The notes under the pieces: generated by a model
What the model was told of the DNA's origin: nothing
What the model saw: only the letters and a program-made list of their open reading frames with translations
Database searches by the model: none
Shown: in pieces, positions 23,564 through 33,391 of the stretch
How the letters are laid out: each line of letters starts with the position of its first letter
Position numbering within the stretch: the stretch's first letter is position 1
Position numbers and translations under genes: made by a program
NCBI GenBank assembly: GCA_963762145.1
Contig: CAVXJS010000021.1
Coordinates: forward strand, 160,001 to 224,000
Direction: 5' to 3'
Origin: an uncultured Candidatus Rokubacteria bacterium
Lineage (GTDB): Bacteria; Methylomirabilota; Methylomirabilia; Rokubacteriales; CSP1-6
Length of the DNA: 64,000 nucleotides

Positions 23564-24890
23564 ATGGCAGGTCCGGCTGGCCGCAGTCCTGAAGAAGTAG
23601 CTCTACTCGAGACGGCGATGCGCGTTCTCCCCGGGGGCGTCTTGGGGGGGTACTACGCTCCGCAGGAGCTGGCCTTCGTCGTCCGCGAGGCCCGGGGACC
23701 GCGGCTCTACGACTTCTCGGGCCGCGAGTACATTGACTATATCCTGGGCAGCGGCCCCCTCGTGCTGGGCCACGCCCATCCTGCGGTGGTCGCCGCGGTC
23801 GAGACCCAGCTCCGCAAGGGCACCACGTACTTCCAGCTCAGCGAGCCCACCCTGGCGCTGGCCGAGGAGATCTGCCGGGCCGTCCCGTGCGCCGAGCAGG
23901 TCCGGTTCTGCGGCAGCGGGAGCGAGGCGACCTTCTTCGCCCTCCGCGTGGCCCGCGCGTTCCGGCAGCGGGACAAGATCCTGAAGTTCGAGGGCGGCTT
24001 TCACGGCGTCCACGACTATTCCCTCATGAGCGTGGGCCCCCGGGCGCCCAAGGCGTTCCCCGCCCCCACTCCGGACTCGGCGGGCATTCCCCACGCCATC
24101 CAGGGGGAGGTGCTGGTCGCGCCCTTCAACGACGTGGCCGAGGCCCAGGCCATGATCGAGGCGCACCACGACGATCTGGCCGCGGTGATCATGGAGCCGT
24201 TGCAGCGGCTGGTCGTGCCGGAGCCCGGGTTCCTCCAGGGCGTACGCGAGATCACCGCGCGGCACGGCGTGCCGCTGATCTTCGACGAGATCGTCACCGG
24301 GTTCCGGTTCGCCTACGGGGGTGCCCAGGAATACTACGGCGTCGTGCCCGACCTGGCCGCCTTCGGCAAGATCATCGGCGGCGGCTTCCCGCTCGCCGCG
24401 GTGGCCGGCCGCCGCGACATCATGCGGCACTTCTCGCCGGAGCTCGAGCGAGGGCGGAGTTCGTCCAGCAGGCGGGCACGCTGAACGGCAATCCGATCGC
24501 CGCCGCGGCGGGGCTCGCCACCCTCGCCGAGCTGCGCCGGCCCGGAACCTACGAGCGCCTGTTCGCGACCGGCACCGCCTCAAGCAGGGGCTCGAGGCGG
24601 CCGCGCGGCGCGCCGGGCCTGCCCGTTCAGGTGGCGGGCGAGGCGCCGGTGTTCGAGATCTACTTCACCGACCGGCCGATCACCGACTACCGCGCCACGC
24701 TGTCCGCAGACCAGGCCCTCCACGCGGCCTTCACCCGCGAGATGCTCACCCGCGGGGTGGTCAAGGCGGCGCAGAAGTTCTACGTGTCGCTCGTCCACAG
24801 CGAGGCGGAGGTGCGCGCAAACCCTGGAGGTCTTCGGCGACGCGCTCGACCGCAGTGGCGGGAACTTCTCACTCGAGCAGCCGATTACGC
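23564..24890 (+). CDS. Class-III PLP aminotransferase, GSA-aminomutase-like (frameshifts after 24440; end approximate)
   Basis: GPLVLGH, SGSEAT, FEGGFHG, LIFDEIVTGFR, GKIIGGGFP, QAGTLNGNP. Confidence 0.92.
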
Positions 24891-24910
24891 AGTCACAGGA
24901 GGCCTTCACC

Positions 24911-26215
24911 ATGACGAATCACGACAACGATGCGCAGGACATCTGGTACAGCGGCAAGACCACGCGCCGGCGCTTGCTCGGGATGGGCGCGACGGCGGCG
25001 GGCGCGATCGGCGCCGGGCATGCTCGTGCCCGCGCCGTGGCGCGCGGCGTTCGGCCAGGCCAAGCCCTTCAAGCTCGGCACGCTGCAGCCCCTGTCCGGG
25101 CACCGCGGCGGCCGGCGGCAAGACCGCCCTCGTGGGCGTGCAGATGGCGGTGGAGCGCATCAACAAGGCGGGCGGCGTCAACGGCCGGCCCGATCGAGCT
25201 GATCGTCGCCGACTACGAGTCCAAGCCCGACGTCGGGCGGCGCAAGGCGGAGAAGCTCGTCGTCGAGGACAAGATCGACGCCCACGCGGGCGGCTATCTC
25301 TCCAACGTCTGCCTGGCCTGCATGCCGGTGTACGAGGAGCACAAGCTGGTCAACATGATCAGCGGTGTGCCTCGACACCACGATCACCCCGAGCAAGTGC
25401 AGCCGCTACACCTTCCGGCCGTTCGACTTCGCGCCGTCCCAGGCGGTGGCCGCGGCTCGCCGTACCTGGTGAACAAGGTCGGCAAGAAGTGGCACATCGC
25501 CTACGCGGACTACGCGTGGGGCCAGTCCACCCGGGACGCCTACGCCGCAGGAGATCAAGAAGCTGGGCGGCGAGGTCACCGGGACCACCGGCGTCCCGCT
25601 CGGCACCGCGGACATGACCGCCGTTCCTGTCAGCAAGATCAGCGGCGCCTACGACGGCCTCTTCGGGATCTTCTTCGGCCCGCAGGGCATCTCCTTCGTC
25701 AACCAGAGCTTCGACCTCGGCATCTCCAAGAAGGCGCGCATCGCGGGCGACGGAGCCATCGCGGTTCCCACCAACCTTCCCGCGATGGGGGCCAAGGCCG
25801 ACGGCTTCATGGGCATCGACCGCTACGTGCCGGTCCTGGAGGGCGTGCTCAACACCCCCTATCACAAGAGGTTCCTCGACGAGTCGGTGCCCCGGCTCCA
25901 GGCGGTCGACCCGAGCGCCCGCCCCCGACCGCTACGTGCAGTCCAACTTCGAGGGCGGTCAACTTCCTCAAGGTCGGCATGGAGCGGTCCAAGTTCCGCG
26001 GGCGCGAGGACACCATGAAGCTGATCGAGGCGCTCGAGGGCCTGGAGATCAAGGAGGCGAGCGACTTCCCCCAGGGCGACAAGACGCTCCGCAAGGAGGA
26101 CCACCAGGCCTTCGTGCGCGAGTTCATCTTCGAGGTCCGCGGAAAGAAGTTCAAGATCCTCGACGTCATCCCGAAGGAAAAGACGGTCGTGCCGGCCGCG
26201 TGCAAGTTCGCCTAG
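24911..26215 (+). CDS. Branched-chain amino acid (LivJ-type) ABC substrate-binding protein, Tat-exported (many frameshifts)
   Basis: TRRRLL signal, INKAGGVNGR, ADYAWGQST, PLGTAD, R.EDHQA. Confidence 0.87.
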   Translation: MTNHDNDAQDIWYSGKTTRRRLLGMGATAAGAIGAGHARARAVARGVRPGQALQARHAAAPVRAPRRPAARPPSWACRWRWSASTRRAASTAGPIELIVADYESKPDVGRRKAEKLVVEDKIDAHAGGYLSNVCLACMPVYEEHKLVNMISGVPRHHDHPEQVQPLHLPAVRLRAVPGGGRGSPYLVNKVGKKWHIAYADYAWGQSTRDAYAAGDQEAGRRGHRDHRRPARHRGHDRRSCQQDQRRLRRPLRDLLRPAGHLLRQPELRPRHLQEGAHRGRRSHRGSHQPSRDGGQGRRLHGHRPLRAGPGGRAQHPLSQEVPRRVGAPAPGGRPERPPPTATCSPTSRAVNFLKVGMERSKFRGREDTMKLIEALEGLEIKEASDFPQGDKTLRKEDHQAFVREFIFEVRGKKFKILDVIPKEKTVVPAACKFA

Positions 26216-26219
26216 CCGC

Positions 26220-27012
26220 GTGACCGCTTCGCAGACGCACGGGCGCCCCGGTCCAGCCGGACCGGGGCGCCGCGGACGCCGATCCTTCGCACCGAGGGCC
26301 TCACCATGCGCTTCGGCGGCCTCACCGCCGTTGGCAACGTCAGCATCACGGTGGCGCGGGGCGAGATCCGCGCGATCATCGGCCCCAACGGGGCCGGCAA
26401 GAGCACCTTCTTCAACTGCGTGACCGGCGTGCTCCGCCCGACCGGCGGGCGCATCCTCCTGAACGGCGAGAACGTGGCGGGGCTGCCCCCGCACCGGATC
26501 TCCCACAAGGGGCTCGCCCGCTCCTACCAGATCACCAACATCCTGCCCGGCGCGACGGTCGCTGGAGAACGTGCGCATCGCCGCCCAGTCCCGGCACCAC
26601 GGCTGGAGCCTCCTCGCGGCATCACCGGTAGCTTCCACGATCTCATCGACCGGGCTCGGTCGGTCCTCGAGGCGGTGGGCCTCGCGGGAAGGAGGACGAG
26701 CTCGCCGCCAACCTCTCCCACGGCGAGCAGCGCAATCTCGAGATCGCCATCGCGCTGGCCACCGAGCCCCAGCTCCTGTGCCTCGACGAGCCGACCGCGG
26801 GCATGAGCGTGACCGAGACCCACGCCACCGTCGAGCTGGTGCGCCGCATCGCCCGGAACCTCACCATCCTCGTCGTCGAGCACGACATGGAGGTGGTGAT
26901 GAGCCTGGCCCACCGGATCACCGTGCTCCACTACGGCGAGGTGCTCGCCGAGGGAACACCCGGCGAGATCCAGGCGAACCCGCGTGTGCAGGAGGTCTAC
27001 CTGAAGGGCTGA
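26220..27012 (+). CDS. LivG-type ABC ATPase (frameshifted)
   Basis: FGGLTAV, GPNGAGKST, LSHGEQR, LDEPTAGM, EHDM. Confidence 0.92.
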
Positions 27013-27720
27013 TGCTCACGCTGGCCGACGTCCACACCCACTACGCCAAGAGCCACATCCTGCACGGCGATCTCGCTGGAGGTGCAGCCCGGCGAGGTGA
27101 TCGGGCTCCTCGGGCGCAACGGGGTGGGCAAGTCCACCACTCTCAAGAGCATCATGGGGCTCGTGCGGCCCTCCCAGGGGCGGATCACGTTCGAGGGCCG
27201 CGATATCACGGGCATGCCTTCGCACAAGGTCGCCCACCTCGGCATCGCCTACGTGCCGGAGGACCGCCGGATCTTCAAGCTCCTCACCGTGATGGAGAAT
27301 CTCCGGACCGGTCTCGACCGGGGCGGCCTCACCGAGGTACGGCGCAAGGACCTCCTCGACAAGGTATACGAGAGCTTCCCGGTGCTCGGGGAGCGGAAGG
27401 ATCAGCTCGGGGGCACCCTGTCGGGCGGAGAGCAGCAGATGCTGGCGATCGCGCGCGCGATGATGCTCGAGCCCAAGATCATCCTGCTCGACGAGCCGAC
27501 CGAGGGGCTCATGCCGCGCATGGTCTCGCAGATCCGCGACATCATCGAACGGCTCCACCGCGAGGGCGTCGCGATCCTACTCGTGGAGCAGAACGTCGGG
27601 CTGACCCTCAGCGCGACCAGCCGCTGCTACATCATGGAGAAAGGACTCATGCGTCACCACGCGCCCTCGGCCGCCCTGACCGCCGACCCGTCCGTCATCC
27701 ACCAGTACCTGGGGGTGTGA
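27012..27720 (+). CDS. LivF-type ABC ATPase (frameshift near 27070)
   Basis: GRNGVGKST, LSGGEQQMLAIARA, LDEPTEGL, LVEQN. Confidence 0.94.
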
Positions 27721-27723
27721 GGG

Positions 27724-28587
27724 GTGTTCGAGCAGATTCTCGTCCAGACCGTCAACGGGCTCGTCAACGGCATGGTGCTCGCGCTGGTCGCCTCGGGCCT
27801 GACCCTGATCTTCGGCATCATGGACGTGGTCAACTTCGCTCACGGCGACCTCGTGATGCTGGGCGCGTTCACCGGCGCGGTCACCGTCGCGCAGACCGGC
27901 AACTTCTGGCTAGGACTCCTGGTGGCGGCGATCGTCATCGCGGCGTTCGGGGCGCTGCTGCAGATCACCACGCTGCGTCCCCTGATCGGCCGCGATCCCC
28001 TGACCACCATCATCGCGACCTTCGGCGTCTCCCTGGTGCTTCAGAAATACGCCCTCTGGCAGTTCGGCCCGACGGCCCAGAACATCCCGCAGCCGATCCC
28101 GGGCCAGTTCGAGCTGTTCTACCTGCAATACCCCTGGTATCGCCTGGGCGCCGCGGCGATGGCGGGCGCCATCATCGGCGCGCTCTATCTCTTCCTGAAG
28201 TACGGCAAGTACGGGATCTGGATTCGCGCCACCACCCAGGACCGCGTGATGGCCTCCGCGATGGGCATCCCGGTGCCCCTGGTCCACACCGGGGTCTTCG
28301 CGATCGGCTCCGCCATGGCGGCGGCCTCCGGCGTGCTGTTCGCGCCCCTGGCCGCGGTGACCCAGACCATGGGCGCCGAGTTCACGCTGCGCGCCTTCAG
28401 CGTCGTGGTGGTGGGCGGGATGGGCAACCTGGGCGGATCCATCCTCGCCGCGCTCTTCATCAGCCTGCTGGAGGCGTACGCCTCGCTGATGGTGAGCCCC
28501 TCCCAGGCGGTCATCGTCTCGTTCGTGGTCCTGATCTTCACCCTGCTCTTCAGGCCCACCGGCCTGTTCGTGCCGACCCCCAAGTGA
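27724..28587 (+). CDS. LivH-type ABC permease
   Basis: GLTLIFG..VVNFAHG, VVVVGGMG, RPTGLF. Confidence 0.94.
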   Translation: MFEQILVQTVNGLVNGMVLALVASGLTLIFGIMDVVNFAHGDLVMLGAFTGAVTVAQTGNFWLGLLVAAIVIAAFGALLQITTLRPLIGRDPLTTIIATFGVSLVLQKYALWQFGPTAQNIPQPIPGQFELFYLQYPWYRLGAAAMAGAIIGALYLFLKYGKYGIWIRATTQDRVMASAMGIPVPLVHTGVFAIGSAMAAASGVLFAPLAAVTQTMGAEFTLRAFSVVVVGGMGNLGGSILAALFISLLEAYASLMVSPSQAVIVSFVVLIFTLLFRPTGLFVPTPK

Positions 28588-28592
28588 CGCTC

Positions 28593-29546
28593 ATGGCCAC
28601 CCAGACGCATCGCGGATTCTGGCTCGTCTTCCTGGCCGTGGTGGCCGCGCTCGCGGTCGCCCCGTTCGGCCTCCCCGAGTTCTGGCGGAAGTTCCTCACC
28701 GAGATCCTCATCTGGGGGCTGCTCGCGATGTCCTCGGACATCCTGATCGGCTACACCGGCATGGTTTCCTTCGGGCACTCCGCCTTCTTCGGGCTGGGCC
28801 TCTACGGCGCCGCCGCCGCGCTGCTGGTCATGCGCTCCCCCAACCTCTGGATCGCCCTCGTGGTGGGCCTCGCGGCGGCCGCGCTGGTGGCGGTGTTCGT
28901 CGCCTACTTCGCGACCCGCCTGCGCGACATCTACTTCGCCATCTCCACGTTCGTCTTCTCGCAGATCTTCTACGTCATCATCTTCACCTGGACGGAGGTC
29001 ACCGGAGGCGAGAACGGGCTGTACTTCAGCCAGCCGCCGTTCACGATTCCCGGGATCTGGAGCGGGCGTTTCTCGACGGTGACGCTGCACTGGTTCGTCC
29101 TCGCGGTCGTTGCGCTGTCGTATCTCGCCCTGCGCCGGATCACGCAGTCCCCGTTCGGGATGGTGCTGCAGTCGATCCGGGAGAACGAGCCGAGAACGCG
29201 GGCGATCGGGTATCACGTGGAGCGCTACAAGATCGTGGCGGTGCTGCTCTCGGGGCTGTTCGCGGGACTCTCCGGGGTCCTCTACGCCATCCAGCATCGC
29301 TTCGCCGCCCCGGACTTCGTCTTCTTCACGGTCTCGGGGGAGGTGGTCATCTTCAACGTCATGGGGGGCGTGGGCACGCTCGTCGGCCCGGTGGTGGGCG
29401 CCGCGTTCTTCCTGCTGCTCCGCGAGGGCCTCTCCCGCTTCTGGGCCGAGTACTACCTGATCCCGCTGGGCATCGCGTTCATCCTGATGGTGATCTTCAT
29501 GCCGCAGGGCCTCCTGGGTCACTGGAGGCGACGGCTGAACCAGTAG
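28593..29546 (+). CDS. LivM-type ABC permease
   Basis: GYTGMVSFGHSAFFG, TGGENG, SPFG..L.SIRENE, PQGL. Confidence 0.94.
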   Translation: MATQTHRGFWLVFLAVVAALAVAPFGLPEFWRKFLTEILIWGLLAMSSDILIGYTGMVSFGHSAFFGLGLYGAAAALLVMRSPNLWIALVVGLAAAALVAVFVAYFATRLRDIYFAISTFVFSQIFYVIIFTWTEVTGGENGLYFSQPPFTIPGIWSGRFSTVTLHWFVLAVVALSYLALRRITQSPFGMVLQSIRENEPRTRAIGYHVERYKIVAVLLSGLFAGLSGVLYAIQHRFAAPDFVFFTVSGEVVIFNVMGGVGTLVGPVVGAAFFLLLREGLSRFWAEYYLIPLGIAFILMVIFMPQGLLGHWRRRLNQ

Positions 29547-29577
29547 CTCTCCCTTTCCCCTGTGGGGGGCGCGGGGC

Positions 29578-30030
29578 CTAGGTGCCGGTGCTTCCGAATC
29601 CCCCCGCCCCGCGCTGACTCCCCTCCAGCTCACGCACCTCCACCAGCGTCGCCCGCGCGACCGGCTGGATCACGAGCTGGGCGATTCGCTCGCCGCGCCC
29701 CAGGGTTACCGCGGCGGAGCCGTGATTGATCAGCAGGACACCGATCTCGCCACGGTAGCCGGAATCGATGAGACCCGGGGCGTTCAGCACGGTAACCCCG
29801 GCGCGCAGCGCCAGCCCCGACCGCGGCAGGATCAGGCCCGCATAGCCCTCCGGAATCGCCACGCGCAGGCCGGTGGACACCAGCTCCCGGCCACCGGGTG
29901 GCAGCGTCACCGTCGCGGCAGCGAGGAGATCGAGTCCCGCGTCGCCGGCGCGCGCGTAGTCGGGCAGCGCGAGCGCGGGATCGGCGCGGATCACCTCGAC
30001 GCGGACGGCGGAGGTCTGGGGCTGGGGCAC
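29578..30030 (-). CDS. dut: dUTP diphosphatase
   Basis: AGLDL, PRSGLA, NAPGLIDSGYRGE, RIAQL, RGAGGFGSTG. Confidence 0.98.
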   Translation of the reverse strand: MPQPQTSAVRVEVIRADPALALPDYARAGDAGLDLLAAATVTLPPGGRELVSTGLRVAIPEGYAGLILPRSGLALRAGVTVLNAPGLIDSGYRGEIGVLLINHGSAAVTLGRGERIAQLVIQPVARATLVEVRELEGSQRGAGGFGSTGT

Positions 30031-30165
30031 GAGCGCTTATACCACGAAGCGATTGCGCACGCTGTTCCTGCGGCATACCCGAAATCGAAGAGCCGCCTGA
30101 CAAATTTGGAGGGAGCCCGAGGACCGGGATGCATCGCAAGCAACTGATTTCACTGGCCTATTCCC

Positions 30166-30181
30166 TGGCCTTCGTCTTGCT
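30166..30181 (+). promoter_or_regulatory. Sigma54 -24/-12 promoter with an upstream IHF-like site
   Basis: TGGCCT-TCGTC-TTGCT (GG-N10-GC); AATCAG-TTGC-TTG on the minus strand at 30137-30149. Confidence 0.65.
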
Positions 30182-30214
30182 ATGTAAACGGACAGGCCAA
30201 GGAGGCTGAGATCC

Positions 30215-30292
30215 ATGCTGCGGAGACTGGGATTGCCGGGCTTGCTGCGAGTGGCCGCGATCGTATCCCTCGGCCTGTCGCTGTTCGCGTAA
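30215..30292 (+). CDS. Putative 25-aa small hydrophobic protein (not in ORF track)
   Basis: AAGGAGG RBS, then MLRRLGLPGLLRVAAIVSLGLSLFA*. Confidence 0.45.
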   Translation: MLRRLGLPGLLRVAAIVSLGLSLFA

Positions 30293-30303
30293 GGAGCTGG
30301 TCC

Positions 30304-31152
30304 TTGCGACGCCCTCTCGTCATCACGCTGATCGTGCTCGCCACGTCGCCCGCCGGGGCGTGGGGTGAGACGCTCGATCTCGCGGCGGAGATCGCCCGCC
30401 TTCGCGGCCGGCTGGCCGCGAATAGCGCCCAGGAGCAGCACTGCCTGGCCGGCGCGACCCAGCCCGTCTGGACCGCGTCGCTCGCCAGCGACCTCAAGGC
30501 ACTACGTTCCCGCGCAAACCAGGCGGCCGCCGAGGGCTCGAGCGCCGAGGCCCAGCGCTGGCGAGAGCTCGCGCGCAAGGCCGAGGCGCTCGAAGCACGC
30601 ACGACCGCCAACGCGCGAACCGGCGCCGAGCTGTTCCAGAGCCAGCAGATCGGACTCGACTGCCTGGACCGTTTCTCGGCCGAGCGCGAGGCGCTGCGCG
30701 CTTCCCTCGAGATCGCGCTGGCGGACTCCAGCGCCTACGGCGAGTCGCTCGGCGAGGCCCGCGAGCACGGGACCACGCGGCTGCGCCAGGATCTGCTGCG
30801 TCTCCAGGAACGGAGCCGCGCGCTGTCGGCCCGCTGGAAGACCACACAGGCCGATGCGGGCGCCGGGGCGGAGGCCCTGAAGGCCGAGATGGCCGACCTG
30901 AAGCGGCGGAACACTGCAGTGCTCGAGGGGGAGCCGGCGCGGGTCATGGCCGATCCGGCGCTCCGGGCGGCCGAAGCGCTCGTGGCCACCACAGACGCGT
31001 GGGACCGGGAGCGGGCCGCGGTGGAACGGCTCAGCACGATCCGGGACGAGGCAGAGCGCCGGAAGACCACGATGGAGCGAGACGAGGCCGCGCGACAGGC
31101 ACGTGAGTACTGGGCCAGCGCCGAGCGGCTGCTCGGCCGGCGGGGACCCTAG
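30304..31152 (+). CDS. Hypothetical secreted helical/coiled-coil protein
   Basis: AAGGAG RBS, TTG start, Sec-like signal, Ala/Glu/Arg-rich. Confidence 0.7.
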   Translation: MRRPLVITLIVLATSPAGAWGETLDLAAEIARLRGRLAANSAQEQHCLAGATQPVWTASLASDLKALRSRANQAAAEGSSAEAQRWRELARKAEALEARTTANARTGAELFQSQQIGLDCLDRFSAEREALRASLEIALADSSAYGESLGEAREHGTTRLRQDLLRLQERSRALSARWKTTQADAGAGAEALKAEMADLKRRNTAVLEGEPARVMADPALRAAEALVATTDAWDRERAAVERLSTIRDEAERRKTTMERDEAARQAREYWASAERLLGRRGP

Positions 31153-31159
31153 ACGGCGT

Positions 31160-31531
31160 CTAGCCGGGGAACAGCTTCTCCAGCATCTGGCGAAACTCCT
31201 TGAGCTTGAACGGCTTGGACACCACGGGCACCTTGGAGTCGGTCAGGAACTTCCCGTAGCCCGGGGCCTCGTCCTCGCCGGTGATGAAGATGAAGAAGGG
31301 CGCCGCGTTCGGCTTGAGGCGCCGGATCTCCTGGTAGAGCTTGGGCCCGTCCACCTGCGGCATCTGCAGGTCGCTCACCACCAGATCGTAGGTCTGATGC
31401 TCGAGGAGTTTGAGCGCAGCCATCCCGTCCTCGGCCGGATCCACGGTGTGTCCGTCCGCCGCCAGCGCTTCCACCAGCAGTTCCCGCATGTGCTCCTGAT
31501 CGTCCGCGACGAGGACCCGCAGCGCGCGCAT
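31160..31531 (-). CDS. Single-domain response regulator (receiver)
   Basis: VLVADD, DLVVSDLQMPQVDG, FITG, SKPF. Confidence 0.93.
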   Translation of the reverse strand: MRALRVLVADDQEHMRELLVEALAADGHTVDPAEDGMAALKLLEHQTYDLVVSDLQMPQVDGPKLYQEIRRLKPNAAPFFIFITGEDEAPGYGKFLTDSKVPVVSKPFKLKEFRQMLEKLFPG

Positions 31532-31555
31532 GCCTTCAAGTCTAGCAGATGCCCC

Positions 31556-31738
31556 TCAAGGTCCGCGAAAGTCGCAGTACCCGCCGATCAGGCCATCCGG
31601 TCGCCACCAGCCCCGGCGTCGGTCGCACTCGGCCTTGAGATCAGCCTGGGTATAGGCGTGCGGAATCGCGACGCTGCTGCACCCGGCCAGGAGGATCCCC
31701 ATCAACACGACGAGTCGGGCTCGCTTCGCGGTGCTCAT
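31556..31738 (-). CDS. Small lipoprotein (60 aa)
   Basis: Lipobox LLAG-C; mature part contains C-DRRRGWW...GGY-C. Confidence 0.7.
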   Translation of the reverse strand: MSTAKRARLVVLMGILLAGCSSVAIPHAYTQADLKAECDRRRGWWRPDGLIGGYCDFRGP

Positions 31739-31836
31739 CTCCGGATAGGGTAGCGCACTCAGGGCCACAATGAACGGCCGGGCGTATCGCTTCCGGGACA
31801 TTGACGGGGTCGACCCCGGTTCCCACACTGGGTGCC

Positions 31837-33354
31837 GTGCTCGCGCGCGTCCGCTCCGCCACGCTCAACGGGATCGAGGTCGCCACCATCTTCATCGAGG
31901 TGGATGTCACCTCGGGACTGCCCTCGTTCAGCACCGTCGGCCTCCCCGACGCGACCGTGCGCGAGAGCCGCGATCGGGTCCGCGCCGCCATCCGCAACGC
32001 GGGCCTCGAGTTCCCGATCGATCGCATCACGGTCAACCTGGCGCCGGCGGATGTCCGCAAGGAAGGTGCCGCCTTCGACCTGCCGACCGCGGTCGGCATC
32101 CTGTGCGCCACCGGGCTCATCAAGCCGGGCCGGCTGGATCGCGCGCTCGTGATGGGAGAGCTGTCGCTCGACTCCAGCGTGCGCGCGGTGCGCGGCGTGC
32201 TGCCGGTGGCCCTGCACGCGCGGCGGGAGGGCTTCACACCGCTGCTCGTGCCCGCCGCGAACGCCCCGGAGGCCAGCGTGGTCGATGGCATCGACGTCAT
32301 TCCCATCGCCAACCTGCACGATGCCGTCGAGTACCTGAACGGCGAGCGGGAGATCGGCCCCGCCTTCGGCACGCGCCGGGCCCGGCGGGAGGCCGAGGGC
32401 GACGGCCTCGATTTCGCCGACGTGCGGGGGCACGCGCACGCCAAGCGTGGTCTCGAGATCGCGGCGGCGGGCGCGCACAACGTGTTGATGATCGGGCCGC
32501 CCGGCACCGGCAAGACCATGCTGGCCCGGCGGGTCGCCTCCATCCTGCCGCCGCTCTCCCTCGAGGAAGCCATCGAGGCGTCCACGGTCTGGAGCGTCGC
32601 GGGCCTGCTGCCGCCGGAGGAAGGCCTGCTCGCGTCGCGGCCGTTCCGCAGCCCGCACCACACCGCGTCCGAGGCCGGCCTCATCGGCGGCGGCAGCGTT
32701 CCCCATCCGGGCGAGATCAGCCTCGCCCATCACGGCGTACTGTTCATGGACGAGCTGCCCGAGTTCTCCCCGCGGGTGCTGGAAGCTCTGCGCCAGCCGC
32801 TCGAGGACGCGCGCGTCGTCGTCTCCCGCTCCGCGGGCACCGCCAGCTTCCCCGCCCGCTTCCAGCTCGTCGCCGCGGCCAATCCCTGCCGCCGTGGTTG
32901 CGCCTCGCTCCCGGCCTGCGGCTGCTCCCCGGCCGAGCGCGCCCGCTACCTGGCCCGCCTCTCGCGGCCCCTGCTCGACCGCATCGATCTCCACCTCGAC
33001 ATTCCCGCCCTGCCCTACGCCGAGCTGACCGACGCGGCCGCGGGGGAGCCGTCGTCCGTCATTCGCGCCCGCGTGCTCACCGCCCGCGCCCGCCAGGCGG
33101 TCCGCTTCGCGGGCACCGCGACCCACGTCAACGCCGGCATGTCGGGCCGGCAGACCCGACGCCACTGCCCCCTGCCCACCGACGCGTCGCGGCTCCTCGG
33201 CCTGGCCGTGACCCAGCTCGGCTTCTCGGCTCGCGCACACGACCGCCTGTTACGTGTGGCCCGCACCATCGCCGACCTCGTGGGCTCCGACGCGATCACC
33301 GCCGAGCACGTCTCCGAGGCGATCCAGTATCGCGGGCTCGATCGCGCGCGGTGA
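31837..33354 (+). CDS. comM: YifB/ComM Mg-chelatase-like AAA+ helicase
   Basis: VGLPD..VRES.DRV, NLAPAD..KEG..FDLP, GPPGTGKTM, GEISLAHHGVLFMDE, RVARTIADL. Confidence 0.96.
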   Translation: MLARVRSATLNGIEVATIFIEVDVTSGLPSFSTVGLPDATVRESRDRVRAAIRNAGLEFPIDRITVNLAPADVRKEGAAFDLPTAVGILCATGLIKPGRLDRALVMGELSLDSSVRAVRGVLPVALHARREGFTPLLVPAANAPEASVVDGIDVIPIANLHDAVEYLNGEREIGPAFGTRRARREAEGDGLDFADVRGHAHAKRGLEIAAAGAHNVLMIGPPGTGKTMLARRVASILPPLSLEEAIEASTVWSVAGLLPPEEGLLASRPFRSPHHTASEAGLIGGGSVPHPGEISLAHHGVLFMDELPEFSPRVLEALRQPLEDARVVVSRSAGTASFPARFQLVAAANPCRRGCASLPACGCSPAERARYLARLSRPLLDRIDLHLDIPALPYAELTDAAAGEPSSVIRARVLTARARQAVRFAGTATHVNAGMSGRQTRRHCPLPTDASRLLGLAVTQLGFSARAHDRLLRVARTIADLVGSDAITAEHVSEAIQYRGLDRAR

Positions 33355-33391
33355 GGGTCCCCGTCGACGTAGTAGGGTATCTTCACGGAAG

